From Myxococcota bacterium (GTDB lineage: Bacteria; Myxococcota_A; Polyangia; Nannocystales; Nannocystaceae), in the NCBI GenBank assembly GCA_039028615.1, contig JBCCHT010000001.1:256001-320000 (forward strand): DNA of 64,000 nucleotides, given 5' to 3'. The translations under genes and the position numbers were made by a program. Of the stretch, positions 28,978-39,971 are shown piece by piece. Under the pieces are notes generated by a model, which saw only the letters and a list, made by a program, of their open reading frames with translations, was not told the origin of the DNA and made no database searches. The first letter of the stretch is position 1, and each line of letters opens with the position of its first letter.

Positions 28978-30195
28978 CTACGCCGTCGCAGCCGACAGGA
29001 CCTTCTCCACCGCATCGCACAGCGACCGCATGTCCGCCTCCTCCAGGGTAGGGTGAACCGGGAACAGCAGGCTCGTGTCTCCGAGTTCGCTGGAGTTGGG
29101 TAGCTCTTCCTTCGGAGTCCAATCCGCGGGAAACACCTTCTCCCGATACATCGGCAAGTAACCGGACGAGCACGGCACGCCCTCGGCCCCAATGGCGTCC
29201 TGCACCTTGTGCCGATCCCAGCCGGGCTTGAGCCGCTCCGGCCGGACACACACCGAGTACTTGTAATACGAGTGCTCGACGTCGGCGGGCGGATGCACCA
29301 CTCGCAGCGCGGGGAGCTGCTGAAACGACTCGGTGAGAATGGCCGCGTTGCGGCGCCGCAGCGCCACCTGCTTGGGCAGCTCCCTGAGCTGGATGCGCCC
29401 CATCGCCGCTTGCATCTCCGTCATGCGGAAGTTGGTGCCGAACGCCTCGTGCAGCAGCCGATAGCCCGGGGGATGCTTCTTCCGATAGACGGTGTCGTAG
29501 GACTTCCCGTGGTCCTTCAGGCTCCACGCCGTATTCCAGATGGACTCGTCGTCGGTGGTGAGCAGGCCGCCCTCTCCTCCCGTCGTGATGATCTTGTCCT
29601 GACAAAATGAAAACGCATTCACATGTCCGATCGACCCGACCAGACGGCCCTTGTACGTCGCACCGTGGGCCTGCGCACAGTCTTCGATGACCTTGATGTC
29701 ATGACGTGCAGCCAACTCCATGATCGAGTCGAGATCGGCCGGCCAACCGTAGAGGTGCACGACGATGATGGCGCGCGTCTGTGGCGTCAACGCCTGCTCG
29801 ATGGTCGCAGCCGTGACGTTTTGACTATCGAGGTCGACGTCGGCGAAGACGGGCCGCGCGCCGCGAGCAGCCACACAGCTCGCGGATGCGACGAAGCTGC
29901 GGCTCGTGACGACGACATCGTCTCCGGGCCCGATCCCGAGCGCCCACAGGCATAGTTCGAGGGCGACCGTACCGTTGGCCAGGGCGATGCCGTGTCCGAC
30001 GTTCAACGATTCTGCGTACTCTCGTTCGAACGAGCGGCCGTTGTCACCGGTCCAATAGTTCACCCGACCCGAGCGCAGGACAGCGGAAGCCGCTTCGATC
30101 TGTTCCTCATCATAAGCCGGCCAACGAGGCCAAGGCGCGGAACGAACCGGGGCGCCGCCATCGACTGCGAGTCGCGCTTCACGAGGTGAATCCAT
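28978..30195 (-). CDS. DegT/DnrJ/EryC1/StrS PLP aminotransferase
   Basis: ANGTVALE, IEDCAQAHGA, FSFCQDKIITTGGEGG, GTNFRMTEMQAAMG. Confidence 0.92.
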   Translation of the reverse strand: MDSPREARLAVDGGAPVRSAPWPRWPAYDEEQIEAASAVLRSGRVNYWTGDNGRSFEREYAESLNVGHGIALANGTVALELCLWALGIGPGDDVVVTSRSFVASASCVAARGARPVFADVDLDSQNVTAATIEQALTPQTRAIIVVHLYGWPADLDSIMELAARHDIKVIEDCAQAHGATYKGRLVGSIGHVNAFSFCQDKIITTGGEGGLLTTDDESIWNTAWSLKDHGKSYDTVYRKKHPPGYRLLHEAFGTNFRMTEMQAAMGRIQLRELPKQVALRRRNAAILTESFQQLPALRVVHPPADVEHSYYKYSVCVRPERLKPGWDRHKVQDAIGAEGVPCSSGYLPMYREKVFPADWTPKEELPNSSELGDTSLLFPVHPTLEEADMRSLCDAVEKVLSAATA

Positions 30196-30489
30196 GTCGA
30201 GAAGCATAGGAGAGCATGGGCCTTGCGTCATGGCCGTTTTGTGCTCGGGGCCGCACACCGAGCGCTCGAACAGTCACATCGCCGACCGCCCCACAGGCGC
30301 GCCGACGGAGCGCGACGACAGCCGGTGAACTCACCACCTTCATCGCAAAGATCGAGCGCGAACCGGAGCCTCTCAGGCCCGCTCACGCGGTCGGTTACGC
30401 CCGGCTTCGTGCCGTGTGGAGCCATTGCACGCACCGCCTTTTTCGTTGTAAATCACGTCTCCGGCCGACGTGTCGTGGAGGCTCGCTCG

Positions 30490-32493
30490 ATGGAAAAAGT
30501 ACAGGGTTCGGATGGCTCTGCGACCGCAGAGTCCGTGACGGTGATCGGCTGGGGGACGGCCGCCTCCCCCGCGGCTCGAATGCTCGCCAAAGAGCGCGAG
30601 GCACAGCTCGCGCTGCTCGATGATGGCGACGCGGTGAAGCAGACCCTGGGCCAGACGAACGGGCCAGTCCTCGTGGTGACGACGACCCGCGACATCGATG
30701 AATTCCTGGACCTCGTGCACGGGGCCGCCGATACGCCAAACCGATGCCTGGGCTTCATCCTCGGCGACGACGAGGCCCAATGCCTACGACGCGCGGAACG
30801 TTTGTGCGAGGTCAGTGGCCCCGGCGCACGAGGAGACCAACCCTACTGGTCCGTCGAGCCCTGCCGACTCCACGGGGCGAGCTTGGCCACCTACGACGAT
30901 GCGGAAGAGGCCGCGCGAAGCATCGAGGAGCCCAGCGAGGTCGCCTTCATCGTCGGGCACTCCAACGGCTTCGACATGCTGGCGGGGCATGTGTTCATGT
31001 GCATGAACGACGAGGCGAGCGAGGACGAGCCCTCGCTCGCCCTGCTGCCGTGTTTCCACGGTGCCGAGTGCACCCGCATCGGACCGAACCAGCTACGCCT
31101 GAACCCTCGACGCATTCGCGCCACCCGGATCATCAGCGTGGCGTGTTGGGGCGTGAACTTGTCGGGGGCGCTGTACGACACGCCGCTGTCGGTCTCCACC
31201 GGTTTTCTCGACAACGGCAACATCGAGGCGATGATCACCACGGTTCGCATCGCCTGCTCCCACCCGGCGGCCGTCGCACTGCTGTACTACTACGCGAACC
31301 TCGGCTTGCCCTTCGGCCAGGTCGCCAACCGGGTGAACGCGGAGCTTCGGGGGCTCGGCTACGAGATGGACTACGCGTGCTTCGGCGAGCCGACGTCGCG
31401 CCTCGAGCCCTCGGTCGAAGAGCACCCGATGCGGATCGAGGGTCGAAGCATCACGGTGCAGCTCGAGCCCCGCGACGAACCCCGAGACATCTGGCTTCGC
31501 GTCGACCCCCAGGTCGTGCCGGACGAGCCCCTGATCGTCGAAACCAGCGAGGCGTGTAGCACCGGCGTCATCACCCCGACGGGCGACCTGTTCCTCACGG
31601 TCGAGCCCGAGGGTGAGACGGTCTCGATCACGCTGGCATCGAAGACCGAGCTGCGCCGTGACGAAGCGGCCGCGGCCGTCCTGAGGGACATCGAAGCGCT
31701 GGGCCGACTCCTCCGCTCCATCTCCCCCACCGACGACGAGACCCAGGAGCTCGCCAACGAGGCGCATGCGTGCTGGAGGCAAGCGATCGACTATCTGGAG
31801 CGGTGGCCCTTCGGCCTACTCGGGGTCGGCGAGCTCACCCATGAGTTCGTGCTCGACGACATGTGGTCCGGCGTCGAGCAGCGAGTCTCCACCCTGGCCG
31901 TGGCCACCGCGAAGCTCTACTCACGATACGTCGACTCCCACTCGTGCATCTTCCCATTCTATGGCGGCCTGAGCCGCTACGAAGGGTCCACGCTGCACAC
32001 GAGCCAGGGGCAATGTGTGCAGTGCGGCAACACCAACGACCAAACCCGCTACCGGGCGCGCCTCGGCGACCTCGAGCGGGTCGTGTTCGCATGCCGGGTG
32101 TGCGGCTTGACGTACTCCGGCGATCCCTCGCTCGTCAGCGAGCTCAGGGGTCCAAAGCTCCTGCGTGAGCGCGACCAGAGCGTCGCCCACGTCACGGTGA
32201 CCAACCCGTACGACTTCCCCGTCAAGGTGTGCGCCGTCGTGGTATTCGCGGAGTTTCGTCGCGACAAGAGGCCCCACGCAGACCCCATCGTCGTGGACCT
32301 GGACGCCAACGCCGAAGCCCAGCTCGAGATCCCGTTCGAAATCCCGCCAGAGACGATACCCGGCCGCCACAACCTCGGTGCATGCGTGCTGGTCGGAGCT
32401 CGTTCTCACTTCATGAGGGCCCCCCTCACCATCGGCGCCCCGCTTCAGCGTATCCGTACGCGACCACCGACCGAGACCGAAGCGAAGGCCTGA
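30490..32493 (+). CDS. Hypothetical protein, possible clan-CD (C25/CHAT-like) cysteine protease domain plus zinc ribbon and Ig-like tail
   Basis: FIVGHSNG, IISVACWG, YACFGEP; CVQCG...CRVCG; beta-rich C-terminus. The ORF is clear; the function is tentative. Confidence 0.6.
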   Translation: MEKVQGSDGSATAESVTVIGWGTAASPAARMLAKEREAQLALLDDGDAVKQTLGQTNGPVLVVTTTRDIDEFLDLVHGAADTPNRCLGFILGDDEAQCLRRAERLCEVSGPGARGDQPYWSVEPCRLHGASLATYDDAEEAARSIEEPSEVAFIVGHSNGFDMLAGHVFMCMNDEASEDEPSLALLPCFHGAECTRIGPNQLRLNPRRIRATRIISVACWGVNLSGALYDTPLSVSTGFLDNGNIEAMITTVRIACSHPAAVALLYYYANLGLPFGQVANRVNAELRGLGYEMDYACFGEPTSRLEPSVEEHPMRIEGRSITVQLEPRDEPRDIWLRVDPQVVPDEPLIVETSEACSTGVITPTGDLFLTVEPEGETVSITLASKTELRRDEAAAAVLRDIEALGRLLRSISPTDDETQELANEAHACWRQAIDYLERWPFGLLGVGELTHEFVLDDMWSGVEQRVSTLAVATAKLYSRYVDSHSCIFPFYGGLSRYEGSTLHTSQGQCVQCGNTNDQTRYRARLGDLERVVFACRVCGLTYSGDPSLVSELRGPKLLRERDQSVAHVTVTNPYDFPVKVCAVVVFAEFRRDKRPHADPIVVDLDANAEAQLEIPFEIPPETIPGRHNLGACVLVGARSHFMRAPLTIGAPLQRIRTRPPTETEAKA

Positions 32494-32505
32494 AGCCCGC
32501 TGGCT

Positions 32506-33189
32506 CTACGACGGGTCGGTAGCACCGGGCGACACCGCGGCATGACGCAGCGCGGGTGCCCTGACCACGGGCCGCTGCTCGGCGTCTCTGATGGCGCCGT
32601 CGTGACCGTAGAGGCGCATGTAGTCTTCGGGTCGGTCGACGTCGAAGGCGATGCGCGGGTTGTCGTGCACGACAACCCTCGACAGCACTCGCCGTGCCGC
32701 CTGCAGGTGCTGGTCGAAGCTGGTGGGATGGCCGAACGCCGTCGCAAAGCGGCGCGGCAACGACATCCCGAGCGCATTCGTGTGCCGATGATCGTGCGCC
32801 CGCACGAGTACGGCCTCATGTTCGGCGAGCGCCTCGACGAGTTCCTCGACATCGGGTGCAGTCAGCCGGGGCAGGTCGGGCATCAGCACGAGCGCTGACG
32901 TCACCCCCCGCGTCGCGAGATGGGCGAGCCCCGCGTCGACGACCGCGGCCAAGTCGGCGGGTTCCGAGGGGTCGCGCAACGTCGAGGCACGATGGCCTTC
33001 GGCCACGGCCTCGACCTCGACCGAATCGGTGCAGACGACGATCCCATCCACGGCGCCGGCCAGCTGCGTCACCGCATTTTCGAAGAGCGCCTGGGCAAAA
33101 CCCCAGCGAGCCCGGTCAGCCAGCACCGGCTCGAGGCGGGTCTTGCTGTGGCGGAACGACTTCTGCGGGATGAGCCCCCAGACGCTCAC
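32506..33189 (-). CDS. cofC: 2-phospho-L-lactate/PEP guanylyltransferase
   Basis: IPQKSFRHSKTRL, LMPDLP, TNAL, FGHPTSF, FDVDRPED; GTG start overlaps the cofD stop. Confidence 0.85.
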   Translation of the reverse strand: MSVWGLIPQKSFRHSKTRLEPVLADRARWGFAQALFENAVTQLAGAVDGIVVCTDSVEVEAVAEGHRASTLRDPSEPADLAAVVDAGLAHLATRGVTSALVLMPDLPRLTAPDVEELVEALAEHEAVLVRAHDHRHTNALGMSLPRRFATAFGHPTSFDQHLQAARRVLSRVVVHDNPRIAFDVDRPEDYMRLYGHDGAIRDAEQRPVVRAPALRHAAVSPGATDPS

Positions 33190-34091
33190 CGCAATCGCTC
33201 CGCTGCGAACGCGAGGACTCGCTGGGCGAGGGCCACACGCTCGTTCCGAGATTTCATGATCGTCTCCGTCGCGAGAACGGGCAGTCCGGTAACGGAGTCG
33301 CCATGCTCGACCACCATACCCGACAACAGCGAGCCGTAGTGCCTCGCGATTGCGTCCGCGGACGCGGGGACTCCGGCCAGCTGCGGGATCATCGTCGCCA
33401 GCGGTCCCTTGATCGCGCGGCCACCGACGATCGGGCTGACGGCGACCACGACCTTCTCCTGCAGTGCCTGACGGACGCCCTCGAGTCGCAGGATCGGATC
33501 GATCGATACATAGGGATTCGACGGACCGATGATGACCACATCCGCACCTTCGATGGCCCTCAGCAGACCGGGAGCGGGCGGCGGTCGGTGCTCGAAACGA
33601 ATCGCCTGGACCTCTGGCTCCCCGCGGCGACGAACGAGCCAGTGCTGAAACGACAAGGTCCCCTCGCCGACGGTATCGACCAGCGTCGGGCAGGGCTCGT
33701 CGCTCATCGGGACGATGCGGGCCGTGATCCCGAGGGCACCGCACAGCCGGGAGGTGACCGCGCTGAGAGACTCCCCTCGGCGCATGGCGTCCGTGCGCAG
33801 CAGGTGAGTGGCCAGGTCTCGATCACCGAGCGCGAACCAGTCCGGCCCGCCGAAGGCTCGGATCTGCTCGAGCGCGCCGAAGGTCTCGTCCTTCAAGCCC
33901 CAACCGCGCGTCTCGTCGGCGAGCCCGGACAGCGTGTACATCACGGTGTCGAGGTCGGGACAGACGGACAGCCCGCAGTGGACGAAGTCGTCTCCCGTGT
34001 TCACGACCGCCGTCATCGACGGCGACAGCTCGTAGAGACCGTCGAGCAGGCGAGCGCCGCCTACCCCCCCGGACAGAGCGAGCACCTTCAT
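33186..34091 (-). CDS. cofD: 2-phospho-L-lactate transferase
   Basis: [56 protein letters not shown]. Confidence 0.95.
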   Translation of the reverse strand: MKVLALSGGVGGARLLDGLYELSPSMTAVVNTGDDFVHCGLSVCPDLDTVMYTLSGLADETRGWGLKDETFGALEQIRAFGGPDWFALGDRDLATHLLRTDAMRRGESLSAVTSRLCGALGITARIVPMSDEPCPTLVDTVGEGTLSFQHWLVRRRGEPEVQAIRFEHRPPPAPGLLRAIEGADVVIIGPSNPYVSIDPILRLEGVRQALQEKVVVAVSPIVGGRAIKGPLATMIPQLAGVPASADAIARHYGSLLSGMVVEHGDSVTGLPVLATETIMKSRNERVALAQRVLAFAAERLR

Positions 34092-34870
34092 GCGTAGAGG
34101 TCCTCGTGCGGGCGGCGGTTGATCTGCTGGGCCGTGTCGGCCGACGCGGGAAAGTGAAGGCCACGCACGACGACGAGCGCCCGCCCTTCCGCCGCCTGGC
34201 CCGCCACGAGATCGGCGGTGGCCGCCACTTGGTCCGCGAGCGCGGTGGTCGTGTGCTCCAAGGGCCGTCCCTGCATGTCACGCTGGTTGCGTTGATCCCA
34301 AAGTGGAGGCAACCCGGCGCAACCGATTGCCACCCCCACCGTACCCAGGCGAAACGGTCGCCCGAACGAGTCGCTGACGACGACTCCGATCCGCGGCGAG
34401 AAGACCTCTCGGAGCGCCTGCGCCGAGCGATCGGGATCCACTGGGAGCAACACTGCCCATGGACCCACGCTCGGTGTCGCATTACCGCCCGGCGCGGCAT
34501 TGCTCAGGTCGATTCCCGCATTGGCCATCACGAAGCCCAAGCGGTGTCGCACGATCAACACGCCCTTTTTTGCCCGGGAGACCATCGTTGATTCACCGAG
34601 GATCAACTCGACCAAGCGAGGGTCCTTGTCGACTTCGGCCGCCAGCGAGTTCGCGCGGGGAGAGGGCGATACCGTGCTCAAATCGACGAATCGTCCCTCG
34701 GCGCGCGAGAGCACTTTCGATGAGAACACGAGGACGTCTTCGTCCTGCAGTTCCAGGCCCGCACGTCGGAGCGCGATGATGGCCAATTGCCCGACATCGT
34801 CTCCAGACTGGACCTCTGGAAACCCGGGTACCGCTGTTACTTCCAACCGAGAATCACACCGTATTTGCAT
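34088..34870 (-). CDS. cofE: Coenzyme F420-0:L-glutamate ligase (single domain)
   Basis: [38 protein letters not shown]; no nitroreductase C-terminal extension. Confidence 0.92.
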   Translation of the reverse strand: MQIRCDSRLEVTAVPGFPEVQSGDDVGQLAIIALRRAGLELQDEDVLVFSSKVLSRAEGRFVDLSTVSPSPRANSLAAEVDKDPRLVELILGESTMVSRAKKGVLIVRHRLGFVMANAGIDLSNAAPGGNATPSVGPWAVLLPVDPDRSAQALREVFSPRIGVVVSDSFGRPFRLGTVGVAIGCAGLPPLWDQRNQRDMQGRPLEHTTTALADQVAATADLVAGQAAEGRALVVVRGLHFPASADTAQQINRRPHEDLYA

Positions 34871-34907
34871 GTGACTCCGTAGCGGCGGCGACGGTACACT
34901 ACCGGGC

Positions 34908-35543
34908 TTGAAGATCGCAATCGTTGGTGGCACCGGGAAAGAGGGCAGCGGCCTCGCCGTGCGCTGGCTCAACCATGGACACACGGTCATGATCGGCTCT
35001 CGTGATGCCGACAAAGGACGAGCGCACGGTGAAAAACTCGGCGTGCAAGGCATGGGTAACGAGCAAGCCGCCGGCATGGCGGAGGTCGTCGTACTCACCG
35101 TCCCCTATTCCGCTCATGCGTCCACGCTCGAGGCCATTGCGCCACAACTGCGCGGGAAGATCTTGATCGACGTCACCGTGCCGTTGCGCCCTCCGAAGGT
35201 GAGCCGAGTCCAGCTGCCACCTGGCGGCGCCGCGGCACTCGAAGCACAAGCCATCGTCGGACCGGACACCCCCGTCGTCGCAACCCTTCATCACGTGAGC
35301 CACACGCACCTGGCCGGCACGGGAACGATCGAATGCGACGTGCTCGTGGCCACGGACGACGCTCGTGCCCGGGAGGTCACGCTGGAGCTACTCCGCGACC
35401 TCGGGCTGCGCGGACTCGATGCCGGGCCGCTCGCCAACGCGGTGGCCCTCGAGTCTCTCACGCCCGTGTTGATTCACCTCAACCGGCGATACAAGATCAG
35501 CAACGCGGGCGTCGTGTTCTCTGGCATCGGGTCGACGGACTAG
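34908..35543 (+). CDS. npdG: NADPH-dependent F420 reductase
   Basis: [42 protein letters not shown]. Confidence 0.92.
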   Translation: MKIAIVGGTGKEGSGLAVRWLNHGHTVMIGSRDADKGRAHGEKLGVQGMGNEQAAGMAEVVVLTVPYSAHASTLEAIAPQLRGKILIDVTVPLRPPKVSRVQLPPGGAAALEAQAIVGPDTPVVATLHHVSHTHLAGTGTIECDVLVATDDARAREVTLELLRDLGLRGLDAGPLANAVALESLTPVLIHLNRRYKISNAGVVFSGIGSTD

Positions 35544-35549
35544 CTCGGC

Positions 35550-36746
35550 TCACTCTTGCACGAAGGGAGCGTCGGTCTCGCATCGGGCGACGACCCGTTC
35601 GACGAAACGCGTCGCGGCGTCGAGCTGCGGAAGCGTGACGAACTCGTCGGGGCGGTGGGCTTGCGTGATCGAGCCGGGCCCGCAGATCAACGTCGGGGTG
35701 CGCAACGACTCTTGGAACAGGCCCGCCTCCGTGCAGTAGTCGACCTGCTGCGCCGAGCAACAGTGCCCCTCGTCGTGCTCCAGCAAGGTGCCGAGGACGG
35801 CGAGAAGACCCTCGCTGCCCTGGGAGCTCAGCGCGGGTAGGCTCGCGATCTCCTCCGTCTCGATCCGCGGCAAGGGGTTCCCTTGGCGATCGCTTCCCTG
35901 GGCGGGCCGCGACTCGCACCACGCCGCGAACTTCTGCAGCAACACCTCGCCGTCGACCCCGGGCAGGTGCCGGTACTCCCACAGCAGCTCCGCGAACTCG
36001 GGCACGATGTTGATCGCCGCGCCCCCGCGGATGACCCCGAGGTTGATGGTCGTGTGCGGGTATTCGAACGTCGTCGCAGGTGGGGGCGCCGTGTTGCGCA
36101 GCTCCTCCCCACGCTTCGAGAGGTAGTCCAGCACCTGCGCCATTTCCGCTATGGCACTGACGGCATGCGTCTGGGAGCTCGAGTGACCCGCACGCCCGTG
36201 GACCGAGGTCTTGAGCAGCTTCATGCCCTTGTGTGCGTTCACGGGCTCCATGTCGGTGGGTTCACCGACGATGCAGGCCGCGGGCGTGCCGAGTCGCTTG
36301 GTCAAAATTCCCACCGCTTCTCGGGCCCCGTGGCAACCGACCTCCTCGTCGTACGTCATCAACAGGTGGATGGGAGTCTGCAACCGAGCGGGGTTCATGC
36401 GAGGCACCGTGGCCAGCACCGCGGCGATGAACCCCTTCATGTCGCAGCTCCCCCGCCCGAACAGGCGGTCTTCGGCCAGCCACGGGTCGAAGGGATCACG
36501 CGACCAATTCTGGCCATCGATGGGGACGACGTCGGTGTGCCCCGAGAGGATGACCCCAGGCCGATCGGTCGGTCCGATGGTCGCGATGAGGTTCGCCTTC
36601 AGCCCGGTGGCGTCCTTCTGAATCTCGAACTCGATGCCGAAGCCACGAAGATACGAAGCCACGAAGTCGATCAGCTCGAGGTTGGAATCGCGGCTGACCG
36701 TTGGGAAGGAAATGAGCTCCCGAGCGAGTTCAACAGTGCTTCGCAT
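35550..36746 (-). CDS. argE: Acetylornithine deacetylase-like M20 amidohydrolase
   Basis: SGHTDVVP, GRGSCDMKG, YDEEVGC, VGEPT, AHKG, QAHRPDE. Confidence 0.85.
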   Translation of the reverse strand: MRSTVELARELISFPTVSRDSNLELIDFVASYLRGFGIEFEIQKDATGLKANLIATIGPTDRPGVILSGHTDVVPIDGQNWSRDPFDPWLAEDRLFGRGSCDMKGFIAAVLATVPRMNPARLQTPIHLLMTYDEEVGCHGAREAVGILTKRLGTPAACIVGEPTDMEPVNAHKGMKLLKTSVHGRAGHSSSQTHAVSAIAEMAQVLDYLSKRGEELRNTAPPPATTFEYPHTTINLGVIRGGAAINIVPEFAELLWEYRHLPGVDGEVLLQKFAAWCESRPAQGSDRQGNPLPRIETEEIASLPALSSQGSEGLLAVLGTLLEHDEGHCCSAQQVDYCTEAGLFQESLRTPTLICGPGSITQAHRPDEFVTLPQLDAATRFVERVVARCETDAPFVQE

Positions 36747-37053
36747 CACGAGGATCTTAGCGCACACCCAAGTGCCTGGCCCGCGAGGTCTGACGCTTCA
36801 TTTCCGCCCCGCGCGGGTGTGAACTCGAGCCGTGAGAGACCCGACCTCGACGTCGCGAATTCGCGTTGGCTCGAGGTCATGGGACACCCGACTTCGCGGC
36901 TGCTGCGCAACCTCGATTCGGCCGCCGAGACCAGCACAAAGAGCCGAAATTCGATTTTTTCGACGTGAGCGAAGAGTCTTGCCAGCGGCTGAGGCTATGC
37001 CACTATCCCTTGCACGGCGCCGGCCATACTGACGCCGACAACGAGGTTTGAGC

Positions 37054-38007
37054 ATGCCCCAAAAGCGCGTCGGACTCTGGTTTTACACCAACGAACACGG
37101 ACACGTCATTCGCCAGGAAATCGTGGACCGACTCGAGGCAGCGGGACTGGATGTCACCTACGACTTCGACATGAGGGAGTGCTACTGCCTCAACGGCCAG
37201 GTCTTTACTCGCGACGGCATCAACCTGTCCGAGATGGACGTGTTCCACTACATGAATGCAGAGGAACGCAACGACCACCAACACGACATGCTTCGTTTGA
37301 TCGAAGAGTCGGGGGTCGAGATGTTCAACTCCTACGCGTCCTATACCTACGCGAACGACAAGTTCCTCGCGAACTGCAAGCTCCGCCAAGCAGGTGTCAA
37401 TGTCGCGGACTCGATGCTGATCCCCGTCAACTTCGACGAGGACCGGATCCGGCGCATCTTCGACGAGTGGAAGAGCTTCATCATCAAGCCCCGGGACAAG
37501 ATCTGTGCAACCGGGATCATGAAGATCGACAGCTACGAGAAGTTTTACGACTTCTACTTGTTCGCCAAAGAGTTCGTCGGGAACCTGTACATCGAGCGCT
37601 ATATCCCCTTCGAGAAGCGTGACATTCGGGTCGAGATCTTCGACGACGAAGTCGTGGGCGATGGCTTCTCTCGGGTGATGGGCCACTCGTTCAAGACCAA
37701 CGTCAGGTCCGGCGGCCGCGCGACGTTCATTCCCGCCGAAGACGACGCCAAGCAGACTGCATTGGATGCTGCGCGTGCGCTCGGCATCACCACCACCATC
37801 GTCGACATGGTCCGCAACACGGAGACCGGCGAGCCGTACGTGCTCGAGGTCAACCCGCTGCTCGGCGTGTTCTACGGAGCCCACTACGCGTCGCTCGGGC
37901 AGCCGGTCCCCGAGTACTTCGCAGAGATCGACAAGGTGAAGATCGAGTACATCGTCCGTCACATCATCCGGCTCGCCGATCCTTCTGCTGCCCTTCCCAA
38001 GCAATGA
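37054..38007 (+). CDS. RimK-family ATP-grasp ligase
   Basis: ANDKF, IIKP, YIERYIP, DIRV, FKTNVRSGG, VDMV, LEVN. Confidence 0.85.
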   Translation: MPQKRVGLWFYTNEHGHVIRQEIVDRLEAAGLDVTYDFDMRECYCLNGQVFTRDGINLSEMDVFHYMNAEERNDHQHDMLRLIEESGVEMFNSYASYTYANDKFLANCKLRQAGVNVADSMLIPVNFDEDRIRRIFDEWKSFIIKPRDKICATGIMKIDSYEKFYDFYLFAKEFVGNLYIERYIPFEKRDIRVEIFDDEVVGDGFSRVMGHSFKTNVRSGGRATFIPAEDDAKQTALDAARALGITTTIVDMVRNTETGEPYVLEVNPLLGVFYGAHYASLGQPVPEYFAEIDKVKIEYIVRHIIRLADPSAALPKQ

Positions 38008-38795
38008 ACAACCGCACCTTGCCCGGTCGCATCACGCTGTGCACCGGTGCGGCCGGTAGCATCGGTCGCGCCATCTGCCGTCGTCTGCTCGACGAGGGAG
38101 ACATCATCGTCGCCGTCGACAAGAACGAGGACGGCCTCGGTCGGCTGCGAGAAACACTGGCCGTCGCGGACGAGCGCCTTCACCTTCTGGGGGTCGACGT
38201 CACCGACGCAGAGGCGCTCGCCCGGGGGCTCGAGCCCATCACCCGCACGACGGGACCGGTGCAGCTGCTGATCAACAACGCCGGGGGCAATCGCACGACC
38301 CTGCTCGAGGAGACCTCGATTCACGACTGGAAGGCCGACATCGAGCTCAACCTCAACGCGGCGTTCTACGTCTTTCAGCAGGTGCTCCCGGGCATGCTCG
38401 CCGCAGGTCGAGGCTGCGTCCTCAACATCGGGTCGGTCAACGGCCTGTCCACCTACGGCGACCCGGCCTATAGCGCGGCCAAGGCCGGTCTCATCAGCTT
38501 CACCCGATCCATCGCCACCGAGTACGGGCGGCGGGGTATTCGGGCCAACATCATCTGTCCCGGCACGGTGAAGACCGAAGCATGGGACGAGATGCTGCGA
38601 CAGAAACCGGAGCTATTCGAACGGCTCTCGGCCATGTGCTCCCTGGGCGACATCGCTACGCCCGAAGACGTCGCCGCCTGTGTCAGGTTCCTGGCCTCCG
38701 ACGAAGCCCGTCTCATTCACGGGAGCACGTTGGTCATCGACGGAGGGCTCACCGCGGGTGTCCCGACGGTCATGAACGAGTTTACCAACGACTAG
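38004..38795 (+). CDS. SDR family oxidoreductase
   Basis: TGAAGSIG, NNAG, YSAAK, IRANIICPG. Confidence 0.9.
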   Translation: MNNRTLPGRITLCTGAAGSIGRAICRRLLDEGDIIVAVDKNEDGLGRLRETLAVADERLHLLGVDVTDAEALARGLEPITRTTGPVQLLINNAGGNRTTLLEETSIHDWKADIELNLNAAFYVFQQVLPGMLAAGRGCVLNIGSVNGLSTYGDPAYSAAKAGLISFTRSIATEYGRRGIRANIICPGTVKTEAWDEMLRQKPELFERLSAMCSLGDIATPEDVAACVRFLASDEARLIHGSTLVIDGGLTAGVPTVMNEFTND

Positions 38796-38828
38796 GACAC
38801 CTAGCCGCTGGTTGTGTGTGGAGAGAAA

Positions 38829-39971
38829 ATGTCAGCCATCATCGAGAAGTTTCATTTTGACGAGGTCGTAGTCCCGTGCCATCCGGGTTCCATCAACTCG
38901 GAGGGGCTCGACAAAGCCCTGCACCGGCAGCCCGTCGCCGGCAAGAAGGCCTGGGGCATTCAGTTCTTCGAGCTTCGCAAGCTCATCCTGCGGGTGGAGC
39001 TCAGCAACGGTGTCGTGGGTGTGGGCGAGTTCTACCGCGACCACAACTGGGGCAAGGTCAAGGGCATGGCCGAGATCCTCATCGGCCGAGACATCAACGA
39101 GTTGTCCCTGCAGGCTCTACCGATCGGCGAGTGCAGGGAGTACTTCGGCTTCGAATGCGCGCTCTACGATACGGTCGCGAAGCACCGCGGCATGCGGGTC
39201 GTCGACCTGATCGGAGGCCCCGTTCGTGAGCACGTCGCCGTCAGTGCGTGGTCGAGCCACCGAACCGTCGAGGACATCGGACCCCTCGCCGGCCGTTATC
39301 ACGAGATGGGCTACGACGTCATCAAGCTGAAGTCCGACCTCGAAGACGACGTGGTGCGCTGGTGTGAAGAGATCAAGAAGCACGCCCCCGGCATGCGCGT
39401 GATCTTCGACCCCAATGCTCGCTGGAAGAACGCGGGCTATGTTCGCGAGCGACTGCGGGGCCTCGAGCGTGTCGGCAACGTGATGCTGCTCGAAGATCCG
39501 CTGCCGCACTGGATGTATCACGAGTACGCGGAACTGCGTCGATTCAGCTCCATCCCCATCGTGCTCCACGTCTCCCCTCCATATACCGAGGAAGGCCAGT
39601 CGGTGCATGACGCGATCAATGCGATCAAGCATGGCTCGATCGACGGGTTCAACTTCAACGCAGGTGTCGACAGCTTCAAGCAACTCACGGGTGTTGCGTC
39701 CGCGGCCGGGGTCAACTGCTGGCACGGATCCGAGATCGACCTCGGCGTCCTCGAGGCGATGTTCATTCACAACGCGATCGCGGCCAAGTGCTGCGTGTGG
39801 CCCAGCGACATCTTCGGCCGCCTGCTGCGTGAACACGATCTTCTCAAGACCCCGCTTCGCATCGAGGCCCCGTACGCCTATCTTCCCGAGGGCCCGGGAC
39901 TCGGGGTCGAAGTCGATCGAGACGCGATCGAGCGCTACAAGACCGGAGAGTGGTCGCTGTCCATGTCCTGA
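38829..39971 (+). CDS. Mandelate racemase/muconate lactonizing (enolase superfamily) enzyme
   Basis: GVGE, KLK, DPN, EDP, PEGPGLGVEVD. Confidence 0.85.
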   Translation: MSAIIEKFHFDEVVVPCHPGSINSEGLDKALHRQPVAGKKAWGIQFFELRKLILRVELSNGVVGVGEFYRDHNWGKVKGMAEILIGRDINELSLQALPIGECREYFGFECALYDTVAKHRGMRVVDLIGGPVREHVAVSAWSSHRTVEDIGPLAGRYHEMGYDVIKLKSDLEDDVVRWCEEIKKHAPGMRVIFDPNARWKNAGYVRERLRGLERVGNVMLLEDPLPHWMYHEYAELRRFSSIPIVLHVSPPYTEEGQSVHDAINAIKHGSIDGFNFNAGVDSFKQLTGVASAAGVNCWHGSEIDLGVLEAMFIHNAIAAKCCVWPSDIFGRLLREHDLLKTPLRIEAPYAYLPEGPGLGVEVDRDAIERYKTGEWSLSMS

